Translations under genes and position numbers: made by a program
Part shown: piece after piece, positions 1 to 12,530 of the stretch
Numbering within the stretch: the stretch's first letter is position 1
Layout: each line of letters starts with the position of its first letter
From: Antedon mediterranea
Taxonomy: Eukaryota; Animalia; Echinodermata
Length of the DNA: 64,000 bases
Direction: 5' to 3'
NCBI RefSeq assembly: GCF_964355755.1
Contig: NC_092677.1
Span: 6,408,101-6,472,100 of the forward strand
The notes under the pieces: generated by a model
Database searches by the model: none
Told to the model about the DNA's origin: nothing
What the model saw: only the letters and a program-made list of their open reading frames with translations

Positions 1-22
1 GAGCTATTATGTAACACATTTA

Positions 23-277
23 GTTATTTAAGTCAATCCGACACAAAATGCGGACGGACGGGCTGTTTCCGCTCAGGATATACATTATTTAGGTCAATCT
101 GAGACAAAATGAGGACGGACGGGCTGTTTCCGCTCTGGATATACATTATTTAGGTCAATCTGACACAAAATGAGGACGGACGGGCGGTTTCCGCTCAGGA
201 TATACATTATTCAAGGTGGGACAAGTTATATAAGTGATTTTCCGCTTGCCGTTCCCGCTCGTCTGTGTAAATTGCCC
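23..277. repeat. ~61-bp tandem repeat (3 copies) ending in a MITE-like terminus
   Basis: Unit ACATTATTTAGGTCAATCTGAGACAAAATGAGGACGGACGGGCTGTTTCCGCTCAGGATAT occurs three times. It is followed by TTTTCCGCTTGCCGTTCCCGCTCGTCTGTGTAAATTG, which matches the right TIR of the element at 30667-30772. Confidence 0.7.
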
Positions 278-676
278 TTTTGTAGTTTCCTAATTTTATC
301 CGTTTCCAAGAAATAAAGAGCATGTAAAAATGACCGTCATAAAACCATCACGACAATGTTCTATTTTCATTCTTTTTATAATAATGAAATGTTAATATGT
401 TTTCGATTAATTGAATCGTGTAGTTATTAATTATCGTCGATGTTATCATTCATTTACCTAAATTTAGAATCACTTAAAGTTAAGGCCAAGTTGTTACATC
501 AAGATGCAAGACAACGGTGCTTTAAATACGATTCAGTATAACACAAGATTTGTAAGTGCTGTGTTCCACGGTAATGTTTCATGGTATCATCTCTAGAGAC
601 AGTAAACAGTGCGTGTCTTCTTAGGCCTACAGCAAATTGATTCCATGTCCTGACATACAGTATAGTCAATTATTCA

Positions 677-764
677 TAGTGCTTCGGCTCTTAGTGCTTC
701 GGCTCTTAGTGCTTCAGCTCTTAGTGCTTTTGGCTCTTAGTGCTTCGGCTCTTAGTGCTTCGGT
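677..764. repeat. 15-bp minisatellite (TAGTGCTTCGGCTCT) x ~6
   Basis: Directly visible tandem copies. Confidence 0.9.
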
Positions 765-1646
765 TTTCCAGTTAATACACCTTAGTTTAAATCCCAACGT
801 GGACGTTTCAATTTAGTCGCAACTCTACAGCTCATGTCGGTCGGTTGGTCAGTCGGTATATCATACTAACTCACATTTTAGAACGTGACTGTATATGGCC
901 CATTTTTCATATCGTCGAGTCACGGACTATTTATAGGCTAGTTTAAGTTAATGTGTATGTGACATGTATCTGTTGCTGACAACATACACGATACGGCATA
1001 ATGTTTATCGTCACTAGATATGATACAGTAGGAGAACTGGCTGCAATATGTTATTGCTAACTAAAAGATAGGTAAAGATAGATGATACAGATACCCATGA
1101 TCAATTTCTCTCGACATATTTATTACATCATCAATACATTCCTTATAATGAGAACTCGTTTCCCGTGAAATTAATACCAAAATAAAATGTTCCTACGTCA
1201 CTAATAATAAACATAATATTGATTGTAGATCAAGAGTTTATAGACCCTAATGGAAAAGCTTATTGTTGTACAGTAGTATTTTAAGTCCTAATTCGCTTGA
1301 CTTTGCTACCGGAAAACAGTTATCGTTAGTAGTAGCAAAATTAAAGTTTACAGTTACATTTTCAGTTAAAACTTGAGCACCAAGAATAAATAGATTTAAC
1401 ATACATGCATTTAACATTGTATTATCTTCATTCTAAGAGTTCCCTTTTGAGAAAAATGCGCGTAAAAAATAACGATAATCAATATTGTAAGCTGTTTGCA
1501 ATAAAATCGTTTAAATTTAATAATGATTTATTGTTGGTTTTATTCATATGCTAATTTAAACGCTGAAGGTCAGTCGCAGTTTAAAAGCATAAAAATAATA
1601 TCAATACAATAACTATAATTAAAATACACCCGTTTCTCAATATATG

Positions 1647-1757
1647 TCTTCAGTATCATAGGAATGATCGATAATACAGCATCACATGTTTTTCACATGT
1701 GACCTTCATGATCATATGAGATGCTGATTACCGAATGATTATTCCGAAGATACTGAG
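1647..1757. mobile_element. MITE-like element, same family as 25011-25173
   Basis: Imperfect inverted ends CAGTATCATAGGAATGATCGATAATACAGCATC / GATGCTGATTACCGAATGATTATTCCGAAGATACTG. The terminus resembles that of the element at 25011. Confidence 0.5.
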
Positions 1758-1837
1758 CAAATACATTATTGCCGTATGAGCTCCGGAGATGAAAGGGTTT
1801 ATCTGTGACTGTGACACGATCTGTTTTACGTCCTTAA

Positions 1838-1950
1838 ATCTTGGTTCCCAATATTGACGCAGCGCAATGACGTAACTCAAGCGATGGATTATTCGAACAG
1901 TCGCTTGTCATTCCAACTCGCTTGCTTTGCGTCTTAGTGGGAACCAAGCT
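1838..1950. mobile_element. MITE, same family as 17457-17593
   Basis: TIRs CTTGGTTCCCA ... TGGGAACCAAGCT. Internal CAAGCGATGGATTATT..TCGCTT is shared with the 17457 copy. Confidence 0.65.
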
Positions 1951-3044
1951 CCGCAGAGAGTACATTAGGTATATTTGTATTTGTCGCAGCCAGACATAAG
2001 CTCAAATGACTGTTACGAGTCTTGGAATTAAAAGACGAGCTCAGCGTCCGTTGTTAGATTGCCTTGGTATCATCATGGTTGTATTCATTTCACCAACTAA
2101 TATTATAATTTAATTACATTGACATAGGGTAAACCATCTGCTTTACTATATAAATAGTAAGAAGTGATTGATGAGAGTCATCCATAATTAATCAGTGTTA
2201 ATACTGATAATTATATTCATAAATGAACAATCAATAACTATAACAATCATATGGACTTTGATTTTTTTTTCAATCGATTTAATTTATATTATGACGCTAT
2301 CGCCGCTGTTTTCAGCTTAAAGCTTTGTTAACACCAAGCCCGTATTCGGTATGGTAACCAGGGAAACGCATGACTTTTTTCAATCACATAAGTAAATTTT
2401 ATCTGAAAAAAAGATTTTGTTATACAAATACGATGGACATTTGTCTATTTCGTTTTTAAAAATGTCATTGTTTTCTGAAGGAATAATGTATAGTTATCTA
2501 TTTATCTTCGATCAATACCTTGTGATTGTGTAACTCGTAAAAATAGGCCTTTACACTCAAATGTCTTCCCTCCAAACCTAAATTAAATTGGTTTGATTTT
2601 GATGTATGCAAATGTGCTAGCAACAGCTGTATATAATTACATGACTCCCAAGAAATGTTCAATGTGTTTATCCTAATTATTGATGTACCCTATACTATTT
2701 GTAGTATTTGATCGAAATTTGGCGGTTTCATGTTATGCGCGGTACCACAGAAAGAATTGTAGAAACAGCTGATTAAATTATGCTCTCATCATATAGAAGT
2801 AATACAAATGTTACCATAGAACAGTAATATAATTGTGCTATTTTGTTATACAGTAAACTCTTTGTAAGTAATCCATAGTTTAAACAGTAAGTTTCTATCT
2901 ATTTATTACAGATTTCTTCCTTTTTAGATATCCATAACGCAATTACCATTATAAAATTAACCTTTTGCTTACGTGGAGTGTAATCTTACACATTAATTAT
3001 ATAATGTTGAAAGTGTGTAACAAGATATCATTCGACATTGATAC

Positions 3045-4640
3045 TTATTCAACAATTTGGTGCTTATTCGACAGTGGTGCTTATTCGACAAGTACGTGAT
3101 GCTTATTCGACAAGGGTTGTTCTTATTCCACAGATGTGCTTCTTATTCCACAGATGTGCTTGTTCGCAACAGTGTGCTTATTCGACAGTACGTGGTGCTT
3201 ATTCGACAAGGGTGGTTCTTATTCCACAGATGTGCTTGTTCGCAATAGTGTGCTTATTCGACAGTACGTGGTGCTTATTCGACAAGGGTGGTTCTTATTC
3301 CACAGATGTGCTTGTTCGCAATAGTGTGCTTATTCGACAGTACGTTGTGCCTATTCGACAAGGGTGGTTCTTATTCCACAGATGTGCTTGTTCGCAACAG
3401 TGTGCTTATTCGAAAGTTGTGGTGCTTATTCGACAGTACGTGGTGCTTATTTCAAAGATGTGCTTGTTCGCAACAGTGTGCTTATTCGACAGTAGGCCTA
3501 CGTGGTGCTTATTCGACAAGGGTGGTTCTTATTCCACAGATGTGCTTCTTATTCCACAGATGTGCTTGTTCGCAACAGTGTGCTTATTCGACAGTACGTG
3601 GTGCTTATTCGACAAGGGTGGTTTTTATTCCACAGATGTGCTTCTTATTCCACAGATGTGCTTGTTCGCAACAGTGTGCTTATTCGACAGTACGTGGTGC
3701 TTATTCGACAAGGGTGGTTCTTATTCCACAGATGTGCTTGTTCGCAACAGTGTGCTTATTCGACAGTACGTGGTGCTTATTCGACAAGGGTGGTTCTTAT
3801 TCCACAGATGTGCTTGTTCGCAACAGCGTGCTTATTCGACAGTATGGTGCTTATTCGACAAGGGTGGTTCTTATTCCACAGATGTGCTTGTTCACAACAG
3901 TGTGCTTATTCGACAGTACGTGGTGCTTATTCGACAAGGGTGGTTCTTATTCCACAGATGTGCTTGTTCGCAACAGTGTGCTTATTCGACAGTACGTGGT
4001 GCTTATTCGACAAGGGTGGTTCTTATTCCACCGATGTGCTTGTTCGCAACAGTGTGCTTATTCGACAGTATGGTGCTTATTCGACAAGGGTGGTTCTTAT
4101 TCCACCGATGTGCTTGTGCGCAACAGTGTGCTTATTTGACAGTATTGTTTATTCGACAGTATTGTTTATTCGACAGTACGTGGAGCTTATTCAACAATAC
4201 TTGGTTCTTATTCGACAGAGGTCTTGTTCGACAGTGTGCTTATTCGACAGTGATGCTTATTCGACAGTACGTGGAGCTTATTAAAACATACTTGGTTCTT
4301 ATTCGGCAGAAGTGCTTATTCGACAGTTGTGCTTATTTAATAACAGCTTATTCAATGACAGTACGTGGTGCTTATTCGACAATACTTGGTTCTTATTCGA
4401 GAGAGGTCTTGTTCGACACTGGTTATTCGACAGTGTTGCTTATTCGACAGTAAGTGGTGTTTATTCTACAATACATGGTGCTTATTCGACAGTTGCCTAC
4501 GTGGGGCCCCGTGGGGTTTATTCGACAGTATGTGGTGTTTCGACAGAGGACGTGCTTTTTCGAAAGTGTGCTTATTCGTCAGTAGGCTACGTGGTGCCTG
4601 TTCGACAATACGCGGTGCTATAATTCGACATGCTTTCGAG
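3045..4640. repeat. 76-bp satellite built from four 16-21-bp subrepeats with core (G/T)CTTATTCGACA
   Basis: GTACGTGGTG recurs at 3188 and 3264 (period 76). The array is homogeneous in the centre and degenerate at the edges. The long + strand ORFs here are repeat artefacts. Confidence 0.95.
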
Positions 4641-4689
4641 ATATTAGATTATATTAGTTTCGTATCAGTCTCTCGATTTAAGTTCGAAT

Positions 4690-4870
4690 AACCGCTAGAT
4701 TCCCACATTGCTATTTTTGTTTCGCTCTTTGATCATGGTTCCCTGCGACTGCTTCAAAACTTCACATTATACATGTTAATGTATAGGCTACATGTATAGT
4801 TTTAAAGCAGTTGCGAGGCACCATGATCAATGAGCGAAACAAATTCAGTAATGTGTGACGCTATCGGTTT
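4690..4870. repeat. Long hairpin / MITE-like palindrome (~72-bp arms)
   Basis: AACCGCTAG...TTTGTTTCGCTCTTTGATCATGGTTCCCTGCGACTGCTTCAAAACT pairs with AGTTTTAAAGCAGTTGCGAGGCACCATGATCAATGAGCGAAACAAA...CTATCGGTT. Confidence 0.8.
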
Positions 4871-5969
4871 TCGGCCAATAGCTTGGTAAAGTAGTTTGAG
4901 GGCGCTAGTGATGTAAACAATTGTGTTCAAGCAAATTTACTTCAATAAATACATGGATAAGATACTCATGGCTCCAGTACTATATGTTATGTAATGTCTT
5001 ATGCTGGTGACCTCTAGTAACTTACGTGGACAGTTCACAGCGTCGATTTTTAACACTATAGAGGGTAACATGGGATTTCAGCAAAATGCAGTAAAACCAT
5101 TATATTTGTTGCTGCTGCTGTATCAAAATTCCTTGTACATAGTACACACGGTGTCGATTTAACCCCAAATAAAAAAAACAAGGACCAAATTACGTTATAA
5201 ATATTTTACGTACACATAAAAACTGAAAGAAAATATTTGTTACGGCCTAAGCAATGTGCTGATTGTAAATTCGCTGTTAAATCTTAAGTTTAAAACCAGC
5301 CTAAAGAGCATCATCTGTAACGACTCCCCATCGGTATACCGCAAAATGCCACGATGTCTGTAGACAAACAAACAAAATAAATATGTGATGCTGCGGCTAC
5401 ATTAAATAAAACATTTAAGCTTTTAGCGCGTTCTATAAAAAAAAAATGTATCGTGGCGATGATACCTCAGTGATACGAATGTTATATTTTCATTATAGGC
5501 CTAACACCGGTACTCAGTATTCACTTTTCTTTATTCATTGGCGACTGTTTAAAGAAGGGTGCGTGTTTACGATAAGATGATCCAGTAACATCCATCCCAT
5601 CCCATCACGACCGACTTTCGATTAAATGTCATATCGACATTTCTACTTTGAAAATGTGCTGTGCAAGTGCCAGTGGAGATTTCGATTTGAGACAACCCAG
5701 GAAATATGTATATTCCGCCAAAAACTGTAAATGAATCGGATGAAGAAGCAAGTCGACCAGTGTCCGTTCTGCGTGCACACACTGAATTAACACTACATAG
5801 TTCCTACTACCCTAACTAGTTCATAGGTCTTACATTATCACAAACCGGAACTTTATTCCATAACCTAAACATTATAACCCGTGGCCCTAACTCTGGAGGG
5901 TGTGTTGTCATTATCAGTAACAAACACTCCCCTTCAACATTGTAACCATGCACAGCTGATCCTTGCATA

Positions 5970-6160
5970 GTTATAATAATAATATAACAATTTATATAGC
6001 GCACATATCCACTAAAAGTGCTCAAGGCGCTAATCACAACACTTATGCTTCATTAATACCATATGCCTCAGCAAAAAGGTATGATTTAAATGATTTTTTA
6101 AAAGAATTAATTTTATTTATAAAGTGGAGACTTGTATTTCAAGGAATATGGCCAGGCTAA
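5970..6160 (-). mobile_element. L2/CR1-group LINE 3' end remnant
   Basis: Minus strand translates KINSFKKSFKSYLF (FKxxLKxYLF C-terminal motif), followed by AGCGCCTTGAGCAC..GCGCTATATAAAT and a (TTA)n tail. Confidence 0.55.
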
Positions 6161-6999
6161 TTCATGTAAGCCTATACTGCAGATGTCATTTTAAATGTAA
6201 CTCTACACTGTTAACCTCAATTACTATAGGATACGCACACACGTTTGAGATCACCGATTCTCAATCTACTTAGGCCTATAGACCTCAAATAGGCTACATA
6301 GTGACGAAGGCAGTCATTTTTAGACCGATATAGTTCTATATCTATTTTTATCAGATAATTATATTATATAATATTATCGTATAAAACGCTAAGCCCATTA
6401 GCTAAGCCCATTATTACATAATATGCGAGTATCCATCATGGTAAATTCGTTGCGTAGTAATGTAACCTCTTTATAGTTACCCAGTAATTAAGTAACTCAT
6501 TACTGTTGTAAGGAAAGTATAAAAGCACGTATCATGCTAAGAGACTTAATGGTAAAGATTATGTAAGCCTTTAGAAACGATCAAAGATCGCAAAGTGTTT
6601 AGTTATTAATGATAAAAGAAGCGGATAATGAATTAATCGACGTCAGATTATCATGTTGTAGCCAAAAGCTACAAAATTAAATCGCGGGACTAGATGATGT
6701 AACTTAATATGTATATATACAGTATAATATATTTTCAGTAATTTCTATTTACCGAGAAAAAATGTAAATGAAGACTGGTATGGCAGGGATTAAAACACAA
6801 TAAGTACAATTTTGCATGTTTTTCATCTTCATGATACTAAGATGAAAATGTCATTGATTATCTTATAGATGTTTAACATAATTATTTTAGGACCTACCCA
6901 CTATCATTTCTAAGTTTGGTTACCGTGTAGAAGAAAAATCCGATGTGGTGCCTTGATAGGTAGAAATTGCAATACCTTTTTAAATTTTAAAAGTAAATT

Positions 7000-7205
7000 A
7001 AAGAATTTTATGCTTAATAATGACTCTTTTTAAATTGTTATCTTCTTGACCTTTATATTTATTCATTATTCAATTTTAACTATTGTAATATATTTTTGAC
7101 TTATTATGTTTTATGTCGTATTGTTGAGGGCCCCTTAAAATCAGCTTCCGCTGGCTGGGTCACCTTCGTAAAATATGGTTGAATAAATAAATAAATAAAT
7201 AAATT
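7000..7205 (+). mobile_element. Possible LINE 3' UTR remnant with (AAAT)n tail
   Basis: T-rich stretch, a short GC-rich stem-like segment (GAGGGCCCC...CACCTTC), then AATAAATAAATAAATAAAT. Confidence 0.35.
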
Positions 7206-7384
7206 TATAAATCAATACTGTATTGAAATATGAACTATACCTTTGTATATATACCTATTGTAAAACACCTGTAATGTTATCTTACTGATACGAAGAGTTC
7301 CTAATCATGATTAAGAGGAACAAACCAAAGTCCTACAGTTCAAGTTAATTTAGTAATTTTTGTTTAAAACGTAAGAGAAATACT

Positions 7385-7780
7385 GTACTTACAAATTAGT
7401 TTTAGCAGGACGGCTTCCTGCTAAACTCAATCAGATACTGTATTACTGCAAGATGGCCGTGTTGGGATTTTTAGTTTTTCTTAAAATAGATAGTCTTCTT
7501 TCAGGGTGTTTTTATGGTTATTATTATTCAAATTGACATAGATAGAGATATTGATTTACTGTACGTTCTATGTCTGTCTTTTTGTTGTTGGAATGTCAAT
7601 AACTACATGCAGTATAAGCCTAAAAGGTATTACATTGATTCCAAAGGCTACGGGTCATAAGATAGATATAGAGATAGTATTCGTCACGACCTTAAATTTA
7701 CATAAACGATTATGTACCGTGGATGGTTCACGGGAAAATGAACATAAGAGCAGTGGAAGTTTTCCGTAGGTTATATCTCA
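7385..7780 (-). promoter_or_regulatory. Orphan paralogue of the copy A/B promoter and non-coding first exon
   Basis: ACTTAC (minus-strand donor)...TTCCTGCTAAACTC...AAGATGGC..GGGATTTT.AGTTTT aligns with 12447-12800 and 16843-17200. No coding exon was recognised downstream. Confidence 0.55.
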
Positions 7781-8179
7781 GTAGTAACGCATTTTAGTAG
7801 TATCGGGGATCGGGGATATAATAATACTCCCTGGTTTCAGTATAAAAATAATACAGTTTTTAAATAGACCTACGCGCTACACAATTGGATGCATGTGTAA
7901 TGCCTGGGGTTGCATTCTAAAGCAATGCTTTAGCGTAGAATTGTACATATGCATTTGGCCTACCAAATATATTTTGGTATTAACCGTTCCTTTGCATTAT
8001 GATTTTTTTTCCAAATAATATCTCAGAAAGATATATAGGCCTAAACACATTGAATATAATATCTGAATATAGTAGACACGCATGTTTGCTTGGTTATTAT
8101 TATGTTTTATTTGAACTTCCATGAATCTTTTTGGTACACATCAGCTTCTATTATCTGAGATAATTACCATGTTGCTATG

Positions 8180-8800
8180 AGTAGGGGTTATCCAATTCTG
8201 AAGAGCTATTTAATGTGTTACAGTACCCTCAAATTCAAATACATATTTTTCTGCGACCGTTTGAATAGGAGTAATTATTCCATTATGCAGTCCTCCTGCT
8301 GCATATCTAGAACAACGTTTAATTGAAGTGTATGTTTTAACCATTGTAACTTACAGGCCATTTTCATGTTGTTGAATGTGACAGACATCTTTATTTTATT
8401 AAGCGTTGATACCACCCAAAGATACTGATACATTTCTCTAATAAATTCCTTGTAGCCATCATTTATTCATGTAAAATCGAAAACATTTCGTAGTGTATTT
8501 TGATACATTTAACGGAATGGACATGGATGACTGCACCTTGTGATATGCCTTGCCTATCAATTGACTAGGCCTACACTTTATGTGTAAAACTAAAATGACC
8601 CTTCTGGGAAGCTACAATTTTGAGGAATTCCATTTGCACTTTGTTTGAAAAGTCTTTTTCTGTAGAGCCGCCGAAACTTCTAAGCAAACCATCAATGTCA
8701 CCATGAGCATCAGTGGGGTTTTTCCGTCTGCTGTGGACATGCTTTTCCGGAATTTTCATTTAACACAGCGGGCTTTATAAAGTAGATTCGTAATTATTAT
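8180..8800 (-). pseudogene. Degraded relic of the UBL-ART exon of the kinase-UBL-ART family
   Basis: Matches to paralogues: ATTCTGAAGAGCTATTT, GCGACCGTTTG..GGAGTAATTATTCC, GTAACTTACAGGCCATT, TGCACCTTGTGATATGCCTTG. Translates DIDGLLRSFGGSTEK. Many deletions and frameshifts, and no kinase exon. Confidence 0.8.
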
Positions 8801-10097
8801 TATAAAAGAAGTATGATTTATTTGTTTGTAAAAGTTAATACCATGTAGCTAATTTTGTTACAATAGATTTTGACAAATGTGAGGAGGCGGCTAGGTGCGG
8901 GGGCTGGAGGAGAATTAAAATTAAGATAGCTAAATGAGATATTAATTCTGTTTTATTATTATTTTTTTAAAGGTACGAATCTGTAAAAGCTTGATATACT
9001 TTTAAAGAATATGAAGATTTTTGCATGCATTATTAATTATATTATTATTTTACAGATTATAGACAAAGAAAAAAAATCCCCAAAAATAGTTATATTATCA
9101 CAAACATTATACCAAATACTTTCCACACACCGTCATCACTACTGTAAATATACATTGATACATTTAATCGTATTGCAGACTATCTAACCACTACTATACA
9201 ATGTATTGACAATTTAAAAATTATGAATACTATATTTTTAGATAGAAATATACATTTATATTACTCATAAACCATTAATCGATGGTTATTCGACAACGAG
9301 TATATTTGACGCCCTCTATTTTAAAATATTGGTGGACTTCTTGATTAAATAGTTATAAAATAAAACACAATGTTTTACGCGGTTGATGACAAATTACTTT
9401 TGAAAATCATAACAATCGCGTCCCGCCAATACCCACATGGGGTATATTGGTAACAATATTTGCATGTGAACTGTGTACGCGGTAAAGACTACATTGCTAA
9501 ACGTTAATAGAAATAAAAGATAGTGCCGCCACGATAGAATACAACAAGCACGAATGTGCGATACTCTGGGTACAGCAGCAAAAGAAGCTCTAATGACGTC
9601 ATAAGACCGGATGTAACGTCACATACACATCAATAACCTCGCTACCAAATACGGCTATACGGTACCATCTTCGAGACGTGATATGGCTGCATCCGGTTTG
9701 AAATTTAAAAATCCATAGCTTTGAGGACATGGATGTCCCTGTGGTATATTCATGCCAAATCCCAGCTCCATACTACAACGAATAAGGGAGGAGTAGTACT
9801 TTATAAGTATATATAGTACTCAATAGTGTCCAGATGGAAGAAGAAGAGAAGATGAGAGAGTACTAGACTCAGGTACTTTGAGTAAAAATATTTCCTTTGC
9901 TATTATATTATATCTTCATCTTAATGTATCTACGTGTCCGAATACCATTTTGAGCACTTCTTTGTATTACTATTTCTTGTACTTTCTTATACGAGTCTTC
10001 TTGAATATTTTATGAAACTTTCGAAGGTATGTTCAGGTAAACGACTAAAGGGATGAGTTTTACATAGTCCTCGTATATGTTTAAATTGTTTAGTCAT

Positions 10098-12044
10098 TTA
10101 GTCATCATCTACCAAGCGAACAATGATACCATATGGCCTGACATCTGAAAACCCATTCTCTAAATAGCCTTTTGATGAAAGCCAATATTCAACCGATTCT
10201 TCTGAACCTTCTCCTGGAATCACTACCATGTTTCCATTTTTCTTATCTGGATTAACCCGATTCTGTAGAGCAATTTGGTAGGTATGTCCTTCGAAATAGA
10301 ATGTCTCAGCAAACTTATCGGCAACAATGTCAAGAGAAGGGGTGGTAAAAACGCCTTGTATGGGTTCGTTCGTCGCAATACTGCCATGTACAATGCAGTT
10401 ATTTCTCATCTTTGACCCATGGTAGCTTACAGGCCATTCATTTGGTGACGAATCTGTTCTACTTCTTTGCTCTCCCAACCAAATATCATCTTCGTACTGA
10501 CCTTTAACCTTAAGTGCATGTCTGTACCAACCACATGGTCTCTGATACGTGTGGTCACCTCTGAAATACTGTGTATTACCATCATTCAATTTTGTGAAAT
10601 TATAGTTATATCCTGGATCAAGAAGGGATTCATCCATTTCGTACAATACTTGACTTGAACCAACAGAGTGAGCGTGAACAACTGACCCATGTTTGATACC
10701 TTCTTGTCGAATCGGTGTCTCGTCCTCAATTCTACAGGCTCGGTGAAACAACTCTAGATAGTCACCGGGAAGGTGGGAATTTAAGGAAATTAGTTTCCGC
10801 AGATCGGATACAGTAGCGTCACTTGAAATTCCAAATACACCCGTAGAGCCACCTTGACTTTTAACGAATATATCGATAAGATTTTCGTCGACAACATCCG
10901 TTTCTCGTTTTTCATTAAAACTCATTGCTGGATTTGTGAAGTGAAAGAAATCATGGATTGTGATTTTCCTGACGTTAGGATGACCTGGTAATTTGGCAGC
11001 TTCTCCTGGAAGCAAAACTTCGACCCCTGTGCAAGCCTCAATTCCAGCTGCCACAAGTTCTACTGATGATAGGTTTGGTTGTTTTACCTGTGAATAGATG
11101 TTATATATTATAAAAGTTATAAATTACCAATTTGACCAATATTTACAATTTATTTTATACACTACACCACACAAGACAAATGAAATTAGAACACTTACCG
11201 GACCATCATGTTGCATGATTTGACGATAGACAACGCGTGCTTTTGGTCTTTCGTGGTAATCTTCTTTCAGCATGTTTGTAATTAGCTTTTCCATGAAGTC
11301 GTCGCCTAGATTACTTAAGGTCAAACTATGGTCACCTTTACTAACCATCATAGCTGTACATTGCGCTCCAATTTTTCGTTTCAATTCGTCACTTAACGTT
11401 GCACAAAAGAGTAAACCGAGACTGAAAATATCAGCCTGTAAGTTGTAGTGTCGTTGCATTACTTCTGGAGCCATATAGGCAAGAGTGCCACCTGCTGTAC
11501 CCATGTATATTTTATCAACGTTCACTTCACTGTCAGGTCCTACTACCAGTTTAGCTTGTCCAAAATCTGCTATCTTAGCAACACCGTCTCTACTAACTAG
11601 GATATTTGCTGGTTTTAGATCTCGATGTATGATTGGAATTCTATGAAGATACGCTAATCCGGCACACATATCTTTAATAAATTGCTTTCGTACCTCAGTC
11701 GTTGGCTTTATTTTTTCTAGGTAAACATCCAGGGATCCATGTTCACAGAATTCTAGAACTATGAATGTTATTTCAGAAACTTCGTGAAATTCAATCAATC
11801 TTACGATGTTCTTATGATTAGCCTTTTTCAATGTTTCTGCTTCTCTTGGATTGACTTTTTTCAATTTCTTAATGGCAACAATTTCTTTTGTTTGCTGGTG
11901 TTTTCCTTTATGTACAGTACCAAAATTACCTTCTCCAATTTTTTCGCCTAAATCGTACGGGAACCCCTGATGCTGTGTCACTGACTGTAGAGAAACAGTG
12001 GATTGTGAGCGACTCTGCGGACGACTCTGGTTGTTACCTCCCAT
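10098..12044 (-). CDS. Copy A: PDIK1L/STK35-like kinase + ubiquitin-like + NEURL4-like ART-fold protein (exons 12044-11199, 11087-10098; ~611 aa)
   Basis: Kinase motifs GEGNFG, VAIK, HRDLKPAN, DFG, APE, ADIFSLG. Donor CCG|GTAAGT at 11198 and acceptor TTCACAG|GTA at 11088 are both phase 0. UBL IDIFVKSQGG...GIKHGSVVHAH. ART-like RPCGWYRHALKV..WPVSYHGS..GVFTTPS..QIALQNRVNP..EYW..DVRPYGIIVR. Confidence 0.85.
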
Positions 12045-12446
12045 ATTTGAAAAGTATATAGGTACTGTCAGTACTGACCTTATTAAAAAAATGATAACAA
12101 TTATTCATGTTAACAAATTTCAAAGCATTCATTTGTAAGCTGCTATGATGTATGCTAAAATTGGCATAGCCTTCCCGTGATAAAATGTGAAGGGTTTTTC
12201 CTAGGCCTAAATGTATGTAATGTAATATGTAATAATGCCTTTCCTATAACAATGAAGGCAAACAACCAGCAACGCATAACAGAGCTATTAACTGTCAAGT
12301 GAAAATATCCGTTCCTGTTTTAATCTAGCCGTATACTTATATGATAGTATGTTTATATGTTTTTAAAAATTGTAACGGTTTAACACAGAATGTTTTACTA
12401 ATTTTAAATCAACTATTTAAGATACAATTAAATTACTGTACATTAT

Positions 12447-12530
12447 ACTTACACATTTAAAAACGACGAGTTCCTGCTAAACTCCTCAAAGATGGCGGTA
12501 TGGGATTTCCAGTTTTCCTAAAATAACTAT
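12447..12530 (-). promoter_or_regulatory. Putative non-coding first exon/promoter of copy A, with YY1-like AAGATGGCGG and kappaB-like GGGATTTCC (12502-12510)
   Basis: Minus-strand donor (ACTTAC on +) and a plausible acceptor near 12079 just upstream of the ATG. The block is conserved in paralogues. Confidence 0.5.

Noticed and set aside
3038-4691. Long overlapping Cys-rich ORFs, or a CRISPR-like array
   Set aside because: The same peptides recur in all three frames because of the 76-bp period. There are no unique spacers or cas genes, and the context is eukaryotic.
9300-9820. Helitron-like element (minus-strand start CTATATATACTTATAAAG)
   Set aside because: Only one terminus is suggestive; no 3' hairpin or CTAG end was identified.
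11124-12044. IKK/TBK1 orthology based on the kinase-UBL layout
   Set aside because: Kinase signatures fit PDIK1L/STK35 better, and no helical scaffold/dimerisation domain follows the UBL.
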